From: a virus
Lineage: Duplodnaviria; Caudoviricetes
IMG/VR virus record: IMGVR_UViG_3300037067_027684
Location: 64,001-128,000 of that record
Reading direction: 5' to 3' (one strand)
DNA length: 64,000 nt
Shown here: positions 38,138-48,659 of the stretch, in pieces
Numbering within the stretch: the first letter of the stretch is position 1
Layout: the number at the start of each line of letters is the position of its first letter
Notes under the pieces: generated by a model
What the model was told of the DNA's origin: nothing
The model's database searches: none
What the model saw: only the letters and a program-made list of their open reading frames with translations
Made by a program: the position numbers and the translations under genes

Positions 38138-38628
38138 CTTTCATCAACCAGATGTTTAACTAACTTTTCACACTGCTTGGTTTCTTCTTTTGTTACTTCA
38201 GTCATCATTTCATGGTATTTCTGTTTGCTATTAGAACCATGAAAGTTCTGGCTACCATTCCAGATTCTGTGATGGTCTTTATATGCCAAGAACAACATTT
38301 TGGTGTGATTATGGTCATTCCACAAGAACTGTATATTTTTGAAATTAGAACTTATTAATTGTACTTCTTTAATGATTCTATCTTCATTATTGTTTGGTGG
38401 CGTCATTATGATTGCTAATCCGCCTGGAGTTTGATTCATCAAATGAATAAATTTCTGGATGGGATTCATCTTGTGAAATGGTGGTATTTTTTGAGTTCCG
38501 TGACAATCGTGCCAATTTAGGAAAGCTGCATGGAAGTTATAAGTGGTTAATACGCCATGTTCAGGCGGTTCAACATAGACCAATTCAGCGAAATATTCCC
38601 AATAGTCTGGATCTTTATAGTCGTTCAT
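38044..38628 (-). CDS. Phospholipase D (HKD)-superfamily protein
   Basis: HTKMLFL...IWNGSQNF fits HxK..GSxN; downstream HEMM. Confidence 0.6.
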   Translation of the reverse strand: MNDYKDPDYWEYFAELVYVEPPEHGVLTTYNFHAAFLNWHDCHGTQKIPPFHKMNPIQKFIHLMNQTPGGLAIIMTPPNNNEDRIIKEVQLISSNFKNIQFLWNDHNHTKMLFLAYKDHHRIWNGSQNFHGSNSKQKYHEMMTEVTKEETKQCEKLVKHLVDESYLNEPSGSSIEITRNTSSLGKTDKLHTPCQ

Positions 38629-38637
38629 TTTCTTTTA

Positions 38638-38697
38638 GTTTCCACGGAGGAAAGACTACTTTGTCCAGGTGTCGGACTACATTTCCTCCGTGGAAAC
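38638..38697. repeat. 16-bp perfect inverted repeat
   Basis: GTTTCCACGGAGGAAA / TTTCCTCCGTGGAAAC with a 28-nt spacer. Confidence 0.9.
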
Positions 38698-38710
38698 CCT
38701 TTGAAGCTGT

Positions 38711-39508
38711 TTAGACTGTTGCCGTTGCGGGTTCGGCAGGCGCGGGAGCCGGTGCTTCAGGCGCAGGAGCAGGTGCGGGAGCCGGTGCAGCGCTCTCCTT
38801 AATCTCCTGATGCTTGAAACCCTTCTTTTCGCGTTCTGCGATTACCTGAGCAGCATCCTTCGTACCCTTGAGGACTCGCGTGCTGTGTCCACCAGCCTTG
38901 GTTTCGATCTTGAGGCTGACTCGCTGGCCCTTCAGAGGGTACTTGCTTTCACCGTTCGCTCCACCCAGTACGTTGTTGGGGTAGCGGTAGGCATTGATGA
39001 AGTAGTAGTATCCACCCTTTTCATCAACTGCCAAGAAGGTGTGAAGCTTGTGGGTAGTATGGTCGAATTTACCACCCTTGGAGAGGAGTACTCCACCGTG
39101 GGCTTTGGCCCAGGCGTTTACGTCGAAGGGAATAATCTTGGATTTTACTTCCTTCTTCGCTTTCTTCTCTTTTGGTTCTTTCTTCTCTGGCTTGGTCGCC
39201 ATCGTCGTTCTCCTTGCCTCGCGGCTTTCTTGCTTCGGCTTCTGTGCCTCTGCTTTTGGTTCTTTGGTCTCTTTCTTGACCGGTTTTTGTGCTTCGGCTT
39301 GTGCTTTTTGCTCTGCTGTTTGTTTGATTACTTCAGCCACTCTCGACTTATGTACGCGGAAAATCACCCCTTTCGTGTCTTTGACGCGTAGGGCCTCGCG
39401 GTTGACGACGGCCACTACTAGGTATGGTTCATCAACCACTTGGCCATCGGGTGGCCCCTTCAGCTTCACAACATCGCCGTCACACATTACTGGTTTGATG
39501 TCGGGCAT
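38711..39508 (-). CDS. Lys-rich protein with Ala-Pro tail, putative paralog of 39985-40494
   Basis: SD AGGAG before ATG 39508; KFDH..TFLAVD..NAY..KKGFK. Confidence 0.65.
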   Translation of the reverse strand: MPDIKPVMCDGDVVKLKGPPDGQVVDEPYLVVAVVNREALRVKDTKGVIFRVHKSRVAEVIKQTAEQKAQAEAQKPVKKETKEPKAEAQKPKQESREARRTTMATKPEKKEPKEKKAKKEVKSKIIPFDVNAWAKAHGGVLLSKGGKFDHTTHKLHTFLAVDEKGGYYYFINAYRYPNNVLGGANGESKYPLKGQRVSLKIETKAGGHSTRVLKGTKDAAQVIAEREKKGFKHQEIKESAAPAPAPAPAPEAPAPAPAEPATATV

Positions 39509-39601
39509 TTGGCTGATATCTCCTGAAATCAATCTGCCGCCTTGTATCAAATCACTTCCACCTGTCAAGTAGGGGTGATTGCTCTCTTGTGTGGAGACTA
39601 A

Positions 39602-39718
39602 CCTCCCCAGAAGAGGGAGGAAGTGCCACTATGTCGTTGAGGACCACCAGCGGACTCCTCAGAAACATCCTCCTGATAGCGCCGATTGGTACCTCCCCAT
39701 AGAGGGGAGGAGATGCCA
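39602..39718 (+). promoter_or_regulatory. Two copies of the CTCCC-N16-TGCCA motif, 90 bp apart
   Basis: CCTCCCCAGAAGAGGGAGGAAGTGCCA and CCTCCCCATAGAGGGGAGGAGATGCCA. Confidence 0.65.
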
Positions 39719-39984
39719 CGACGACGGCGGAGGAAAAGAGGAAGCGCGTAGATGACGGTCAAACAAGAAAGGGGTTAAGATGAGTAGGATGAAGTCTTTC
39801 TCAGTAAGCTTTGGCGAGGGATTGAAGGACGTGCAACTAGACAATTCATCTTTAAGGAGGGAAGCTTGTGCGATAAATTAAATTTCTAAATTGTCTTGCC
39901 AATTATTGCCGGATTCGATACGAATCGATACCAATTACCGGACGACGCGCCTACGGGCGCAAAAACCCCAAAAGGAGAAACACA

Positions 39985-40494
39985 ATGAGTACTACGTTTG
40001 GTTGGACCAAGGTCGGGGCGTGCAAGATTGTGGCTCAGGATGAAGCTCGTGTTCGCATTCTGCTTCCTGGCCGCAAGAATCCGCAGTGGGTCAGCAAGAC
40101 TCACCTTCTGCCGGTTCCCGCCAGTCTCCGCCTCCTGAAGAAGGCTGAGTTTGACCAGAAGTGCGGCTGCACGTCCTTCGTGGATGTGAATGGTCAGAAG
40201 GTTGAGACGTACAACGTGTACGGTTCTGTGGGCAAGTACCTGAAGTCTGGCATCAGCGAAGGTCTGGACGCCAGCGCTCATCACCGCCGCGTTTTCCTCT
40301 CCGAGAAGGGTTTCGTTCGGGCCAAGGGTGCGGTCCGGAATGCTAAGGACCTTGGTGCGGTTCTCTTCAACTACCAGAAGGATGGTTACAAGATCCTTTC
40401 GGGCGAGAAGAAGGCCAAGGCTCCGAAGATTGTTCCGGTTATCGTTGAAGCTCCGGTTGCTGCTCCGGTTCCCGAGGCTGTTCCCGCCGTCTGA
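39985..40494 (+). CDS. Basic protein with GC-rich codon usage and Ala-Pro tail
   Basis: SD AAGGAG; UACG-loop hairpin upstream; EFDQK..SFVDVN..NVY..KDGYK. Confidence 0.75.
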   Translation: MSTTFGWTKVGACKIVAQDEARVRILLPGRKNPQWVSKTHLLPVPASLRLLKKAEFDQKCGCTSFVDVNGQKVETYNVYGSVGKYLKSGISEGLDASAHHRRVFLSEKGFVRAKGAVRNAKDLGAVLFNYQKDGYKILSGEKKAKAPKIVPVIVEAPVAAPVPEAVPAV

Positions 40495-40513
40495 AGTTAC
40501 TCCTGAGGAAGAA

Positions 40514-40541
40514 TGGGGTGCCGCCTGTCTGGGGCACCCCA
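40514..40541 (+). terminator. Hairpin after 39985-40494
   Basis: TGGGGTGCC/GGCACCCCA; no U tract. Confidence 0.35.
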
Positions 40542-41726
40542 AGTCGTATTCATCTTGACGGCATGAAGTGAACCCCTTGAAGGAAAACAGTCATGGAAGA
40601 GAAGACTCCAATTCCCGAGAATTGGCTCTACGAGGTCGGCATTGAAGATCCTCGTCCCCCTTCTCCCGAAGAATTTGCAGAAGCGCTACGAACTCTGGCT
40701 GATTACCCGACTCTGTTTGCATTGATTTTGGATTTGAAGCTTGCAGTTCAGAGGATTGAGAATTGTCCTAAAGCCCCGCCAGAAATGTTGAAGCTGGTGA
40801 AGGCATATAAGCCTTGTATTAATTGTCTAGTTGATGATGCTAAGCTTCTTCTTGAGAAGATGCGCCGTGATCATGAGAATGGTCAAGGTATCAGGAACAA
40901 GGAAGATTCAAATGGATGACGGAGCAGATGTTTCAATCCGATGGGTCAGGCATAGGAAGAAAGGTCATATTCCCTATGGAACTATGGCTTGGAATAAACG
41001 TTTCCTTGGAAAATGGCATGCCAAAATTGACGGCGAACCAAGAACATGTTGCGGTCGATATAGTTTGAACCCAATGTGTATGGCCACCAGCACCAAGAAA
41101 CGTCATCTCTGTGAACGATGTCGGAAGGCAATTGTGACACTCCACAAGGCAATGAGCGCTATGTGCTGCTAATGGGGGATTATGATGGCAAAACATAAAA
41201 CATTCCCAGAAACACTCTGGGAATCTGTGGAAAGAAACAAACAGAACGAGCAGAAGCAGAACGAGCAAAAACAAGAGGTAATAGCCCTAGCAGGCTACGC
41301 TCTTTTTCTTGGACGTTGGGATCAAGACGAATTGGCCGACATATGCAAATTAAGTCTTGATGATCTCATTCCAGACGGAATTAAAATGGAAGATGCACAA
41401 GATGCTGCTATACGAGCCAGTAATAAAATTTTCATGCGAAGTAAGAAGCTTTACACTATCCTAAAGCGTGTTGCGGCTTCACACTGTGATTAGAGGTATC
41501 AAAAATATGTCGGAGGTAATACAAATGGCATCGAAATCACTGAATGTTGACGAAAGCAAATGTTTGGTCGCCGTTCGTGATCGAAAAACCAAGCAAATGC
41601 GACAGTGTCGTAACAATCGTGCAGATGGAAAGTGTTGTGTTATTCACGCAACAGCACAAGATTGTGGCGATACTTTGACGTTTATTAAGTAATCACCGTA
41701 TTGTGTTGTCCAACGTATATAAGAGC

Positions 41727-42524
41727 ATGAGAGACAACACGAATCGATACCAAAATCTCCAACAAGAAAAGCAAGCTGCTGCTCCCTTATGTGCCTGTGG
41801 TTGTGGTCAAAAGGTCCTTTGGAATTTACATGGGCATTCCTATAGGAAGTATTTGTTCAATCATCATCAGAAAAGAATCTTTTCCGAAGTCCTCTCTCCA
41901 AGACAAGAACAAATAGTGAGAGGAACCCTACTCGGAGACGGAAGTCTCTCTTTCATAAAGAGTAGAAAGGGACCAGAATTAGGTGTTGCTCGATTGAGAG
42001 TACGACATTCAACTGTTCGTCAGAAGGATTATACTTGGTGGCTTTATGAGGAACTTAGGAATTTCACTTCTAGTCCCCCGAAAGAGGGGCCAAATAAAGG
42101 CTTTGGAGAAAGAGTTATTGCATTCAGTACGTGTTCTACCAAACAACTATATCAAATAGGCAAAGAAATTTACTCCCCAGTTAAGGGAGTGACATGGGAT
42201 TATTTACAAAAACTCGATGATCTTGGTTTGGCGATCTGGTTCATGGACGATGGATCAACAACCTCTTTTGCCACACATTCGTTTACGGTTCAAGAGAATG
42301 AAATAATTCAGCGTTGGTTTAAAGAAAGATGGAATTTAGAATGCCTAATACAAATAGACGAAAGAGTTAATAAGCCATTTATTCGCTTTAGACAACCCAA
42401 TGTCTATAAATTACATAAGATTGTTTTTCCACATGTATTACCAAGTCTTAGATATAAATTCAAATATTGCTTGCCATACCTACTGGCCGGAAAAGCATCT
42501 GTTTCAGAAGGTCTTCAAAGCTGA
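41727..42524 (+). CDS. Free-standing LAGLIDADG homing endonuclease with CxCGCG N-terminal module
   Basis: IVRGTLLGDGS, LAIWFMDDG, THSFT, PLCACGCG. Confidence 0.88.
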   Translation: MRDNTNRYQNLQQEKQAAAPLCACGCGQKVLWNLHGHSYRKYLFNHHQKRIFSEVLSPRQEQIVRGTLLGDGSLSFIKSRKGPELGVARLRVRHSTVRQKDYTWWLYEELRNFTSSPPKEGPNKGFGERVIAFSTCSTKQLYQIGKEIYSPVKGVTWDYLQKLDDLGLAIWFMDDGSTTSFATHSFTVQENEIIQRWFKERWNLECLIQIDERVNKPFIRFRQPNVYKLHKIVFPHVLPSLRYKFKYCLPYLLAGKASVSEGLQS

Positions 42525-42582
42525 TTTAGCCGTAGACACCAGATCACCCCACGATACCACGTCAAACCGAAAGGAGGAGTCC

Positions 42583-43779
42583 ATGCAAGCGCCTATCGAG
42601 ACGCGTGATTATCAACAGCGTATTATCACCAAAGTTCTTGCTGAATACAAAAAGGGACTTAAGTCAGTGTTATTGGTAAGTCCTTGTGGGTCCGGGAAAA
42701 CGGTAATGGGATTAAGTATTCTTAAAATTCTAGAAGAGCTAGATCCGACTCTGACATTTGGTTGGGTGACAATGCGTAGGAAGCTGTTGCAACAAGCATT
42801 CATAGAAAATGAACGCATTGGTGTTAAGAACATAGAATTCATTTCTATGTTCGATAGGAATCCACCGAAGAAAAGGTTTCTGGTGATTGATGAAGGGCAT
42901 CATGCTGCAGCGGCTACTTGTGCTAATCTTTATTCTATTATGGGCATTGAACGTTCGTTGGCTCTAACTGGCACTCCATTCCGTACTGACCGAATCAAGC
43001 TTTCTTTCGAAAAGATCGTGGATGATTGTGGTGTTCGTTTCCTGATTGAGAAGGGTTACTTGAGTCCGTATCAGCAGTTCGTGATTCCTAAATGGACTCC
43101 AGATACTGTTGCTAAGATGTTTCTACAAGACCCAAAACGTTGGGGTAAGTCTGTCATCTATATGAAGACAGTAGAGCTATGTGATGAAGTAGTCCGTCTC
43201 CTTGATCTGGGTGGCATTAGATCCAGAGTGATTCATGGTGGACAGTCGAATGAGACTCACGAAGAAATCTATGAATCCTTTGAATCTGGTGAGACACAAG
43301 CGTTGGTAAATGTCTACCTTCTCACTGAAGGTTTTGACCTTCCATCGCTGCAAACTGCCTGGATTAGAGATAGTGGGAAATTAACCTCTATTCAAATGGG
43401 AGGGAGAACGCTTCGTAAGGACCCGAATAATCCTGGTAAGATTGCGAATATTGTGCAGTCCGAGGAGACTTGGTTCCCTTATACGAAGGTGGCTAAGCCT
43501 AGTGGTGAGTTTGTGTGGCAGGATGAGGAATGGCGCTCGATTGAGGCTAATGAGCGGGTTGCTAATGTTAGTGATATGGTTCGCAATGAGATTTTGACGT
43601 TGCCTGTGGAGCTTCCGGCTTATTTGGAGTATGGTGCTGCTGGTTCTATTCGGGTGAATAAGAAGGGTAAGGTTACGGTGCGGAAGTCTCGTAAGGTTGT
43701 GTCTATGGTGGCTTCAATGTTGGGTGCTTTGGACGCTGGTGAGTTTGACGATGATGGGGATTTGGAGGCTGCGGTGTGA
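42583..43779 (+). CDS. Superfamily 2 (DExH, ResIII/UvsW-like) helicase
   Basis: RDYQ, SPCGSGKT, IDEGHH, LTGTPFRTD, LTEGFDLP, QMGGRTLR; SD GGAGG before 42583. Confidence 0.9.
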   Translation: MQAPIETRDYQQRIITKVLAEYKKGLKSVLLVSPCGSGKTVMGLSILKILEELDPTLTFGWVTMRRKLLQQAFIENERIGVKNIEFISMFDRNPPKKRFLVIDEGHHAAAATCANLYSIMGIERSLALTGTPFRTDRIKLSFEKIVDDCGVRFLIEKGYLSPYQQFVIPKWTPDTVAKMFLQDPKRWGKSVIYMKTVELCDEVVRLLDLGGIRSRVIHGGQSNETHEEIYESFESGETQALVNVYLLTEGFDLPSLQTAWIRDSGKLTSIQMGGRTLRKDPNNPGKIANIVQSEETWFPYTKVAKPSGEFVWQDEEWRSIEANERVANVSDMVRNEILTLPVELPAYLEYGAAGSIRVNKKGKVTVRKSRKVVSMVASMLGALDAGEFDDDGDLEAAV

Positions 43780-43830
43780 AGCTCGTGATTATTATGGGTT
43801 GAAAATTCCAAAGGGAGAAGGGAGGTAGGC

Positions 43831-43983
43831 ATGTGGATTGTCATTTTGCTGGCCATAATCGGGGTTGCCTATGTTCTTCACTCTGTTGATAAGAGTGGGA
43901 TGCTAACTCTCTTGTTTATGGTTTTGGCCATGATTATTGCTGGAATATTCCGAATTTTAAATGTGATAAATACCAGCCTCTAA
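43831..43983 (+). CDS. 50-aa two-TM membrane protein (not in ORF track)
   Basis: SD GGAGG; MWIVILLAIIGVAYVL..MLTLLFMVLAMIIAGIF. Confidence 0.6.
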   Translation: MWIVILLAIIGVAYVLHSVDKSGMLTLLFMVLAMIIAGIFRILNVINTSL

Positions 43984-44296
43984 GCGCAACAGTTTTCTGC
44001 TGTGCTTCCGGCGATACTCCGTAGGAGAGGGTGATGGGGAGAGACTCCCCAAGAGGAGAAAATGTCAAAACCCAAACCAAAATTGAAGAGACTGAGGTTA
44101 GAGCAGTTTGCTAATGACTTTATTGATAGGTATAAGCATATTGTAGATGAATTCATTGATGATCTTGATGTTATGAATAATGTGGTTTATGACGATGGAT
44201 CAGATGATGAACAGATTGAGAATCGAAAGCAAGTTCGTATTTTTCTAATCGATCGGCTCACAACTCACCTCAAGAATCGTTGAAGAGGAGGAAGAA

Positions 44297-45457
44297 ATGA
44301 CTGTTACACTTCCGACGTTTGAGTACAGCGTTCTGAGGATCAAGGATCTAGAAGTTGTAAGCACGATTTCTCCTGAGGGAGCGATTGTTGTAGACCATAT
44401 TAAAACTGGTGGCAAGATTCTAAATCCTTCTCGGAGGTTCTGGGATAGTCTTTGCGCTCGTTTTGGTTTCGGTCCAAGTATTTTCAAATATTTCTCTCAT
44501 GCTGAAGTTTTCCAACGGATTAGTGAGAAATCGTCCAAGGACATGGTTCGGCTGGCTGTCCAGATGACCCCTTATGGTTTTGAGTCTCCGAAGGACTGGA
44601 AGCCGAAGTTACTGGCGCTTTCTAGCCCTAAGGGTAAGGCGGTTTTGACCAATACTGACATGATTCAGGTTTTTGAGGAATTGCCCTTGCTCTCAATGAC
44701 TTATCATGATGGTATTGTTACTTCGACTCATCCTTGTCGGAATGTTATGAGTTGGGATATTGAGGGTGCGACTTTTACTTCGCAGTTGATGATGGAGACT
44801 CCTCTTGATGGTTATGGGAAGCCGACTGTTTGGTTGTCTGTGGCCAAGGAACTTGGGGGTGAGGATGGTGTTACTTTTACTGCTTATTCTAAGAAGTTTA
44901 GGAGTGGGATTATTCTTGGCGATAAGAGTGCCGCCTTTACTTTGAAGCGGGCTGTTGAGTCATTTTCGAATGAGGATGGTTTTGTGGCGTTGAAGCAGCG
45001 TATGGAGGCTGCTACTAATTCTTGGTCTTCTGTTTCTGAGTGTGTTCGTTTGACTCGGATTTTGTATTCTCTGAAGAATTCGGATTTCAATCCCGATTAT
45101 GCGTTGACTGTTGTTCCCAATGGCGTTGACTCTCTTGAGGGGACTCTTCGGAATCGGTTGATTTCTGCTCTTCATGAGATTACTGGTGATATTAGGACGC
45201 TATATGGTGTGGCTCAGTTGGATTCGATTTCTGAGAAGAAGATGAAGTTGCTTCCTACGAAGTGTAGGATGTTTACTTTGATGGATTTTGCTACTGATAT
45301 TGCTACTCGTCAGGTTTTGCCTGAGGCTGCTCGTCGGCTTCGGTCTTATTTTGGTGAGTTGATTTCTAATGAGTATGATTTGGAATCTTCTGGTGAGAAG
45401 TTTGGGTCGTTCCAAGACTTTGTTGATAAGTCTGAATTCAAGAAGGAGGCGGTATAA
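44297..45457 (+). CDS. Hypothetical protein, possibly DUF932-like
   Basis: 386 aa; RFW.SL..RFGF..SIFKYF.H.EVF.RI, TP.DGYG.P. Confidence 0.5.
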   Translation: MTVTLPTFEYSVLRIKDLEVVSTISPEGAIVVDHIKTGGKILNPSRRFWDSLCARFGFGPSIFKYFSHAEVFQRISEKSSKDMVRLAVQMTPYGFESPKDWKPKLLALSSPKGKAVLTNTDMIQVFEELPLLSMTYHDGIVTSTHPCRNVMSWDIEGATFTSQLMMETPLDGYGKPTVWLSVAKELGGEDGVTFTAYSKKFRSGIILGDKSAAFTLKRAVESFSNEDGFVALKQRMEAATNSWSSVSECVRLTRILYSLKNSDFNPDYALTVVPNGVDSLEGTLRNRLISALHEITGDIRTLYGVAQLDSISEKKMKLLPTKCRMFTLMDFATDIATRQVLPEAARRLRSYFGELISNEYDLESSGEKFGSFQDFVDKSEFKKEAV

Positions 45458-46460
45458 TGGATCGTTCTCCACTTGGGTGTGCAATTGCACAACACTTGAC
45501 TGCTGCTCTTCTTGGTGTTGATACGAGCAATTATGAGAGTCGTGCTACGGCAGTCTATGCTGAATGTTCGGGTATTGCTAGGGAACAAAAGGTTGGCGAT
45601 TGGATTGAGATGCCAGATGGGACTGTTTACACAATGACGTTTAAGCCAAAGAAAGGAGATTCGAATGCCTAAAACAGCCAAAGAACTTGCTATTGGGATT
45701 GTTAAATGGTTAGAGCTTGATCCCGACATGAAGTGTGAGATCGTTGAAAAGAAAGATGGGTCGATTGATATTAACCTTGCCTCAGAGGGAGAGGAATTCT
45801 TCATCCAGGACTTTGCTGAATCTGGCATGAATATTAAGCAGATTGGTTCTTGTAAGCATGACGGTCGAACTGAGAATATTTTCGAAGTTAATGGCGACCT
45901 TTTCGGCGAGAATGCCAAGGCGATTGCGATTTGGGTAATTGGAGACACCTTCTAATGAATACTTTCACCCAATGCGCGGTCTGTGGACAGAAATGCGAAG
46001 ACGGATCATTGTGTGGAACATGCGCAAAAACTCCTTCAATGCGAAAATTAACTGACCGTGAAGTTCTCGATCTGGCAACCAAGATTAAGCATCGCCAAAT
46101 CATGTTGGCTTATGGGGCCTATTGTCGAATGCTTTATGGTTCGAAAGCTGCGATTTTTGAGATTAGTCTCCAAACTGAAGTGGATTCCCATAGTGGTGAA
46201 TATTCCAGGATCAAGCGCGTTTATGTGAAGGATGATCACGGTGATATTCTACAACCAGATTTCTCTTTGCCTTTTTGGTTGGACATGGCAAAGGAGGGTG
46301 GTAGAGTTATTGCTGGTAAGGCTGTAATTCCAAATGATTGGGTTGCGAACATTATTAATGAGTTGATTGATGATAGTTGTCTTCCGATTGTGGTTGAGAA
46401 TATTGAGCATCACCTTGATGAACCTGAGACTCTTCCTGATGTCTTTGTGGAGGATGAGCC

Positions 46461-47186
46461 ATGCAATTGCAAGGCTTCACAACCTACTTGAAGGATGACC
46501 AATATTGGTCTTATAAGGTTCGTAGTGATGTTGAATTGGAGATTGAGAAGGGTACTTTACAGGGTGGTTTCGATAATGTAATTTGGCCTTTTAATTGTCG
46601 AGCTGAATTGGACAAATGGCTTAGAAAGAATATCACTCGATGTGTTAAGTTGGGTTTCAAATTAGCTGCTGAGAGTGTTGTTGAGTCTAAGTCGGATGAT
46701 GCGTTACTGTTGGGTCAAGGTGTGTCGATTGTTGGTGTTCATTGGGTTGATAGGTTTGCTGTTGATGAGTTCAGGGATGTTGGGCGTGATTTGAGATTTT
46801 TGAAGGAATATGATCCGAATGGTTTGATTTTGGTAGAGGTTCTGAATCGGGGTATTGTGAGTTTCTTCCTTTTGTCTAAGAAAGAATCTTGGATTTTGGT
46901 TAATGCTGAGCGTAATGGTACTGATTTGAAGTTTGAGGGTGCGGCTCCTAGTTTCTTTTATCCTGAGGCGTTGATTTTTATTAGTAAAACTAGGTCCCTT
47001 CTAAGGAGGTTTTCGCATTTCGTTAGGAAGCGTGTTAAGAAGGCTGGTTATGAGATGGGAAATTTGTCTTTGTTTGATGGCGTTGATGTTAGTGATGCGT
47101 CGATGGTTCGGGTTTTCTCTACTGAGATTGGTGAGCAGGTACAGAAGCAGTTTAGGGATTTGGGTGACAGAGTTTTGTCTTTATAA
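46461..47186 (+). CDS. Degenerate WGR-like protein, paralog of 60831-61559
   Basis: Shared HWVDR/QWVAR, YDP..LVEVLN/YEP..YVEILN, LLSKKES/ILSKTES and LGDRVLSL/LGERMLEL. Confidence 0.65.
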   Translation: MQLQGFTTYLKDDQYWSYKVRSDVELEIEKGTLQGGFDNVIWPFNCRAELDKWLRKNITRCVKLGFKLAAESVVESKSDDALLLGQGVSIVGVHWVDRFAVDEFRDVGRDLRFLKEYDPNGLILVEVLNRGIVSFFLLSKKESWILVNAERNGTDLKFEGAAPSFFYPEALIFISKTRSLLRRFSHFVRKRVKKAGYEMGNLSLFDGVDVSDASMVRVFSTEIGEQVQKQFRDLGDRVLSL

Positions 47187-47708
47187 GGAGCTGAGAATGA
47201 AACAGGTAACGCGAGTGACTCAATCTCCACTCAATAAGTTGAGATGGTGTCTTGATCTGGAATGTGGTCATGATGAGTGGGTTACGTCGAAGCGTCGTCC
47301 AACCACTAAGAAGTATAAGTGTTCTAGATGTCCGAAGGAGGCTGATAATGGATAAGGGCATTCTGGTTGTTTGGGTTCAGACTATGGTTGGTAGGGGTTT
47401 GCTTACTAGTTCAGATTCCTATGTTCTGAAGAAAGAGACGTTCAAGCGATTTAAGAGGATTCTTTTATCAGAAATGAAGTTGTCTAAGGACAATGCGCTG
47501 GACAGTGAGTCTTTGTCTGGTAGGTATTATTCTTCGATGGTGAGTGATGCGACTGAGTTTGATAAGATGGTGGTTGTTCAGTCGCTTGAGACTGTTAGAA
47601 TTCCAGGTGAGGACGATTCTGATGCTTTGATTCAGCATAAGTTTAAGGAATACGAAGTTTCTGGTGTCTCTAAGTGAGATAAATGGGTAGAGAAAAGGAG
47701 ATTCAAAA

Positions 47709-48221
47709 ATGTGGAAATCTGTGTTGGTTCTGTTGCTGGTTCTCTGTGGCTGCTCTAACTCTGAAAAGCTTAAAGCTGAGTTTCAGACAGAGACTAAAGA
47801 TATTTCAGTCCTCTTGAAAAATCTACATAAGTCTCTATCTGTAGGAGTTTCCAAAGATGCTTTGGATTTGTCTACCAGAGAATTTAAGTACCTGAATGAA
47901 CAACTGCAGAGTAATAAGAAAATGGCTGAGCGTTATCCTGAACTTATGGATAAATTGAAGCATTTGTCTTATGATTTGACATTTGTGTATTATGCTTGGA
48001 CGAATATGGATTTTGGCGACAATGAATTGGATATTGATGACTCGTCTTTGGGTGAGATATGGGAAACACACCCTGAACTTAAGAAAGAGACATCCGAAGG
48101 TGGTCTTCTGCTTAATGGTAAGGTGTCAATCCGATTGGCTATGCCGATTATTCTGAGTATGCTGTCTGATTCTGTGGGTGGGGTTCTGGATGAACTTAAG
48201 AATCCCACGATGAAGAAATAG
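47709..48221 (+). CDS. Lipoprotein
   Basis: MWKSVLVLLLVLCGC lipobox. Confidence 0.7.
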   Translation: MWKSVLVLLLVLCGCSNSEKLKAEFQTETKDISVLLKNLHKSLSVGVSKDALDLSTREFKYLNEQLQSNKKMAERYPELMDKLKHLSYDLTFVYYAWTNMDFGDNELDIDDSSLGEIWETHPELKKETSEGGLLLNGKVSIRLAMPIILSMLSDSVGGVLDELKNPTMKK

Positions 48222-48228
48222 TTTGCTA

Positions 48229-48255
48229 CCTCCCTGTAGGGGCTAGCGGATGCCA
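48229..48255 (+). promoter_or_regulatory. CTCCC-N16-TGCCA motif
   Basis: CCTCCCTGTAGGGGCTAGCGGATGCCA upstream of ATG 48292. Confidence 0.6.
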
Positions 48256-48291
48256 TTGTGTTATTAGGCCAAGAATAAAAGGAGATTCAAA

Positions 48292-48633
48292 ATGGCTAAA
48301 TTACGTATACAACTTGGAACAGATGGCTATTGGGGAGATGATCCTAGCGAATCATTTCGAGATGGTAGTCGTGACTTTCGCAAGTCCTTTGCAAAGATTG
48401 AAGAGAAGCTAGAACTTAAAGAGGTTGATTCCGGTTATGATGGCGACGGCGTTGGGTATTTTGAATATGAAGCTCTTAGTCTAAAAGATGAGAAACAAGT
48501 TGAAGAAGTCCTTGGTTCAATCAAAGATTGTGACCTGAATTCCGTCGAGAAGGTTGATGATAAGTTTGTGGTTGAGATGTGTGTTGTAAATCCAAATCCG
48601 TCTGACGAAGAGGGTGATGAAGAAGGTTGGTAG
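48292..48633 (+). CDS. Acidic hypothetical protein
   Basis: 113 aa; conserved leader sequence. Confidence 0.65.
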   Translation: MAKLRIQLGTDGYWGDDPSESFRDGSRDFRKSFAKIEEKLELKEVDSGYDGDGVGYFEYEALSLKDEKQVEEVLGSIKDCDLNSVEKVDDKFVVEMCVVNPNPSDEEGDEEGW

Positions 48634-48659
48634 AAACCAGGAATAAAAGGAGATTCAAA

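Noticed and set aside
39780-39881. 33-codon ORF in the control region
   Set aside because: Has a weak SD but is too short and featureless to support
39920-41753. Shared 15-mer ACGAATCGATACCAA at 39920 and 41739
   Set aside because: About one to a few 15-mer matches are expected by chance in 64 kb; not enough alone
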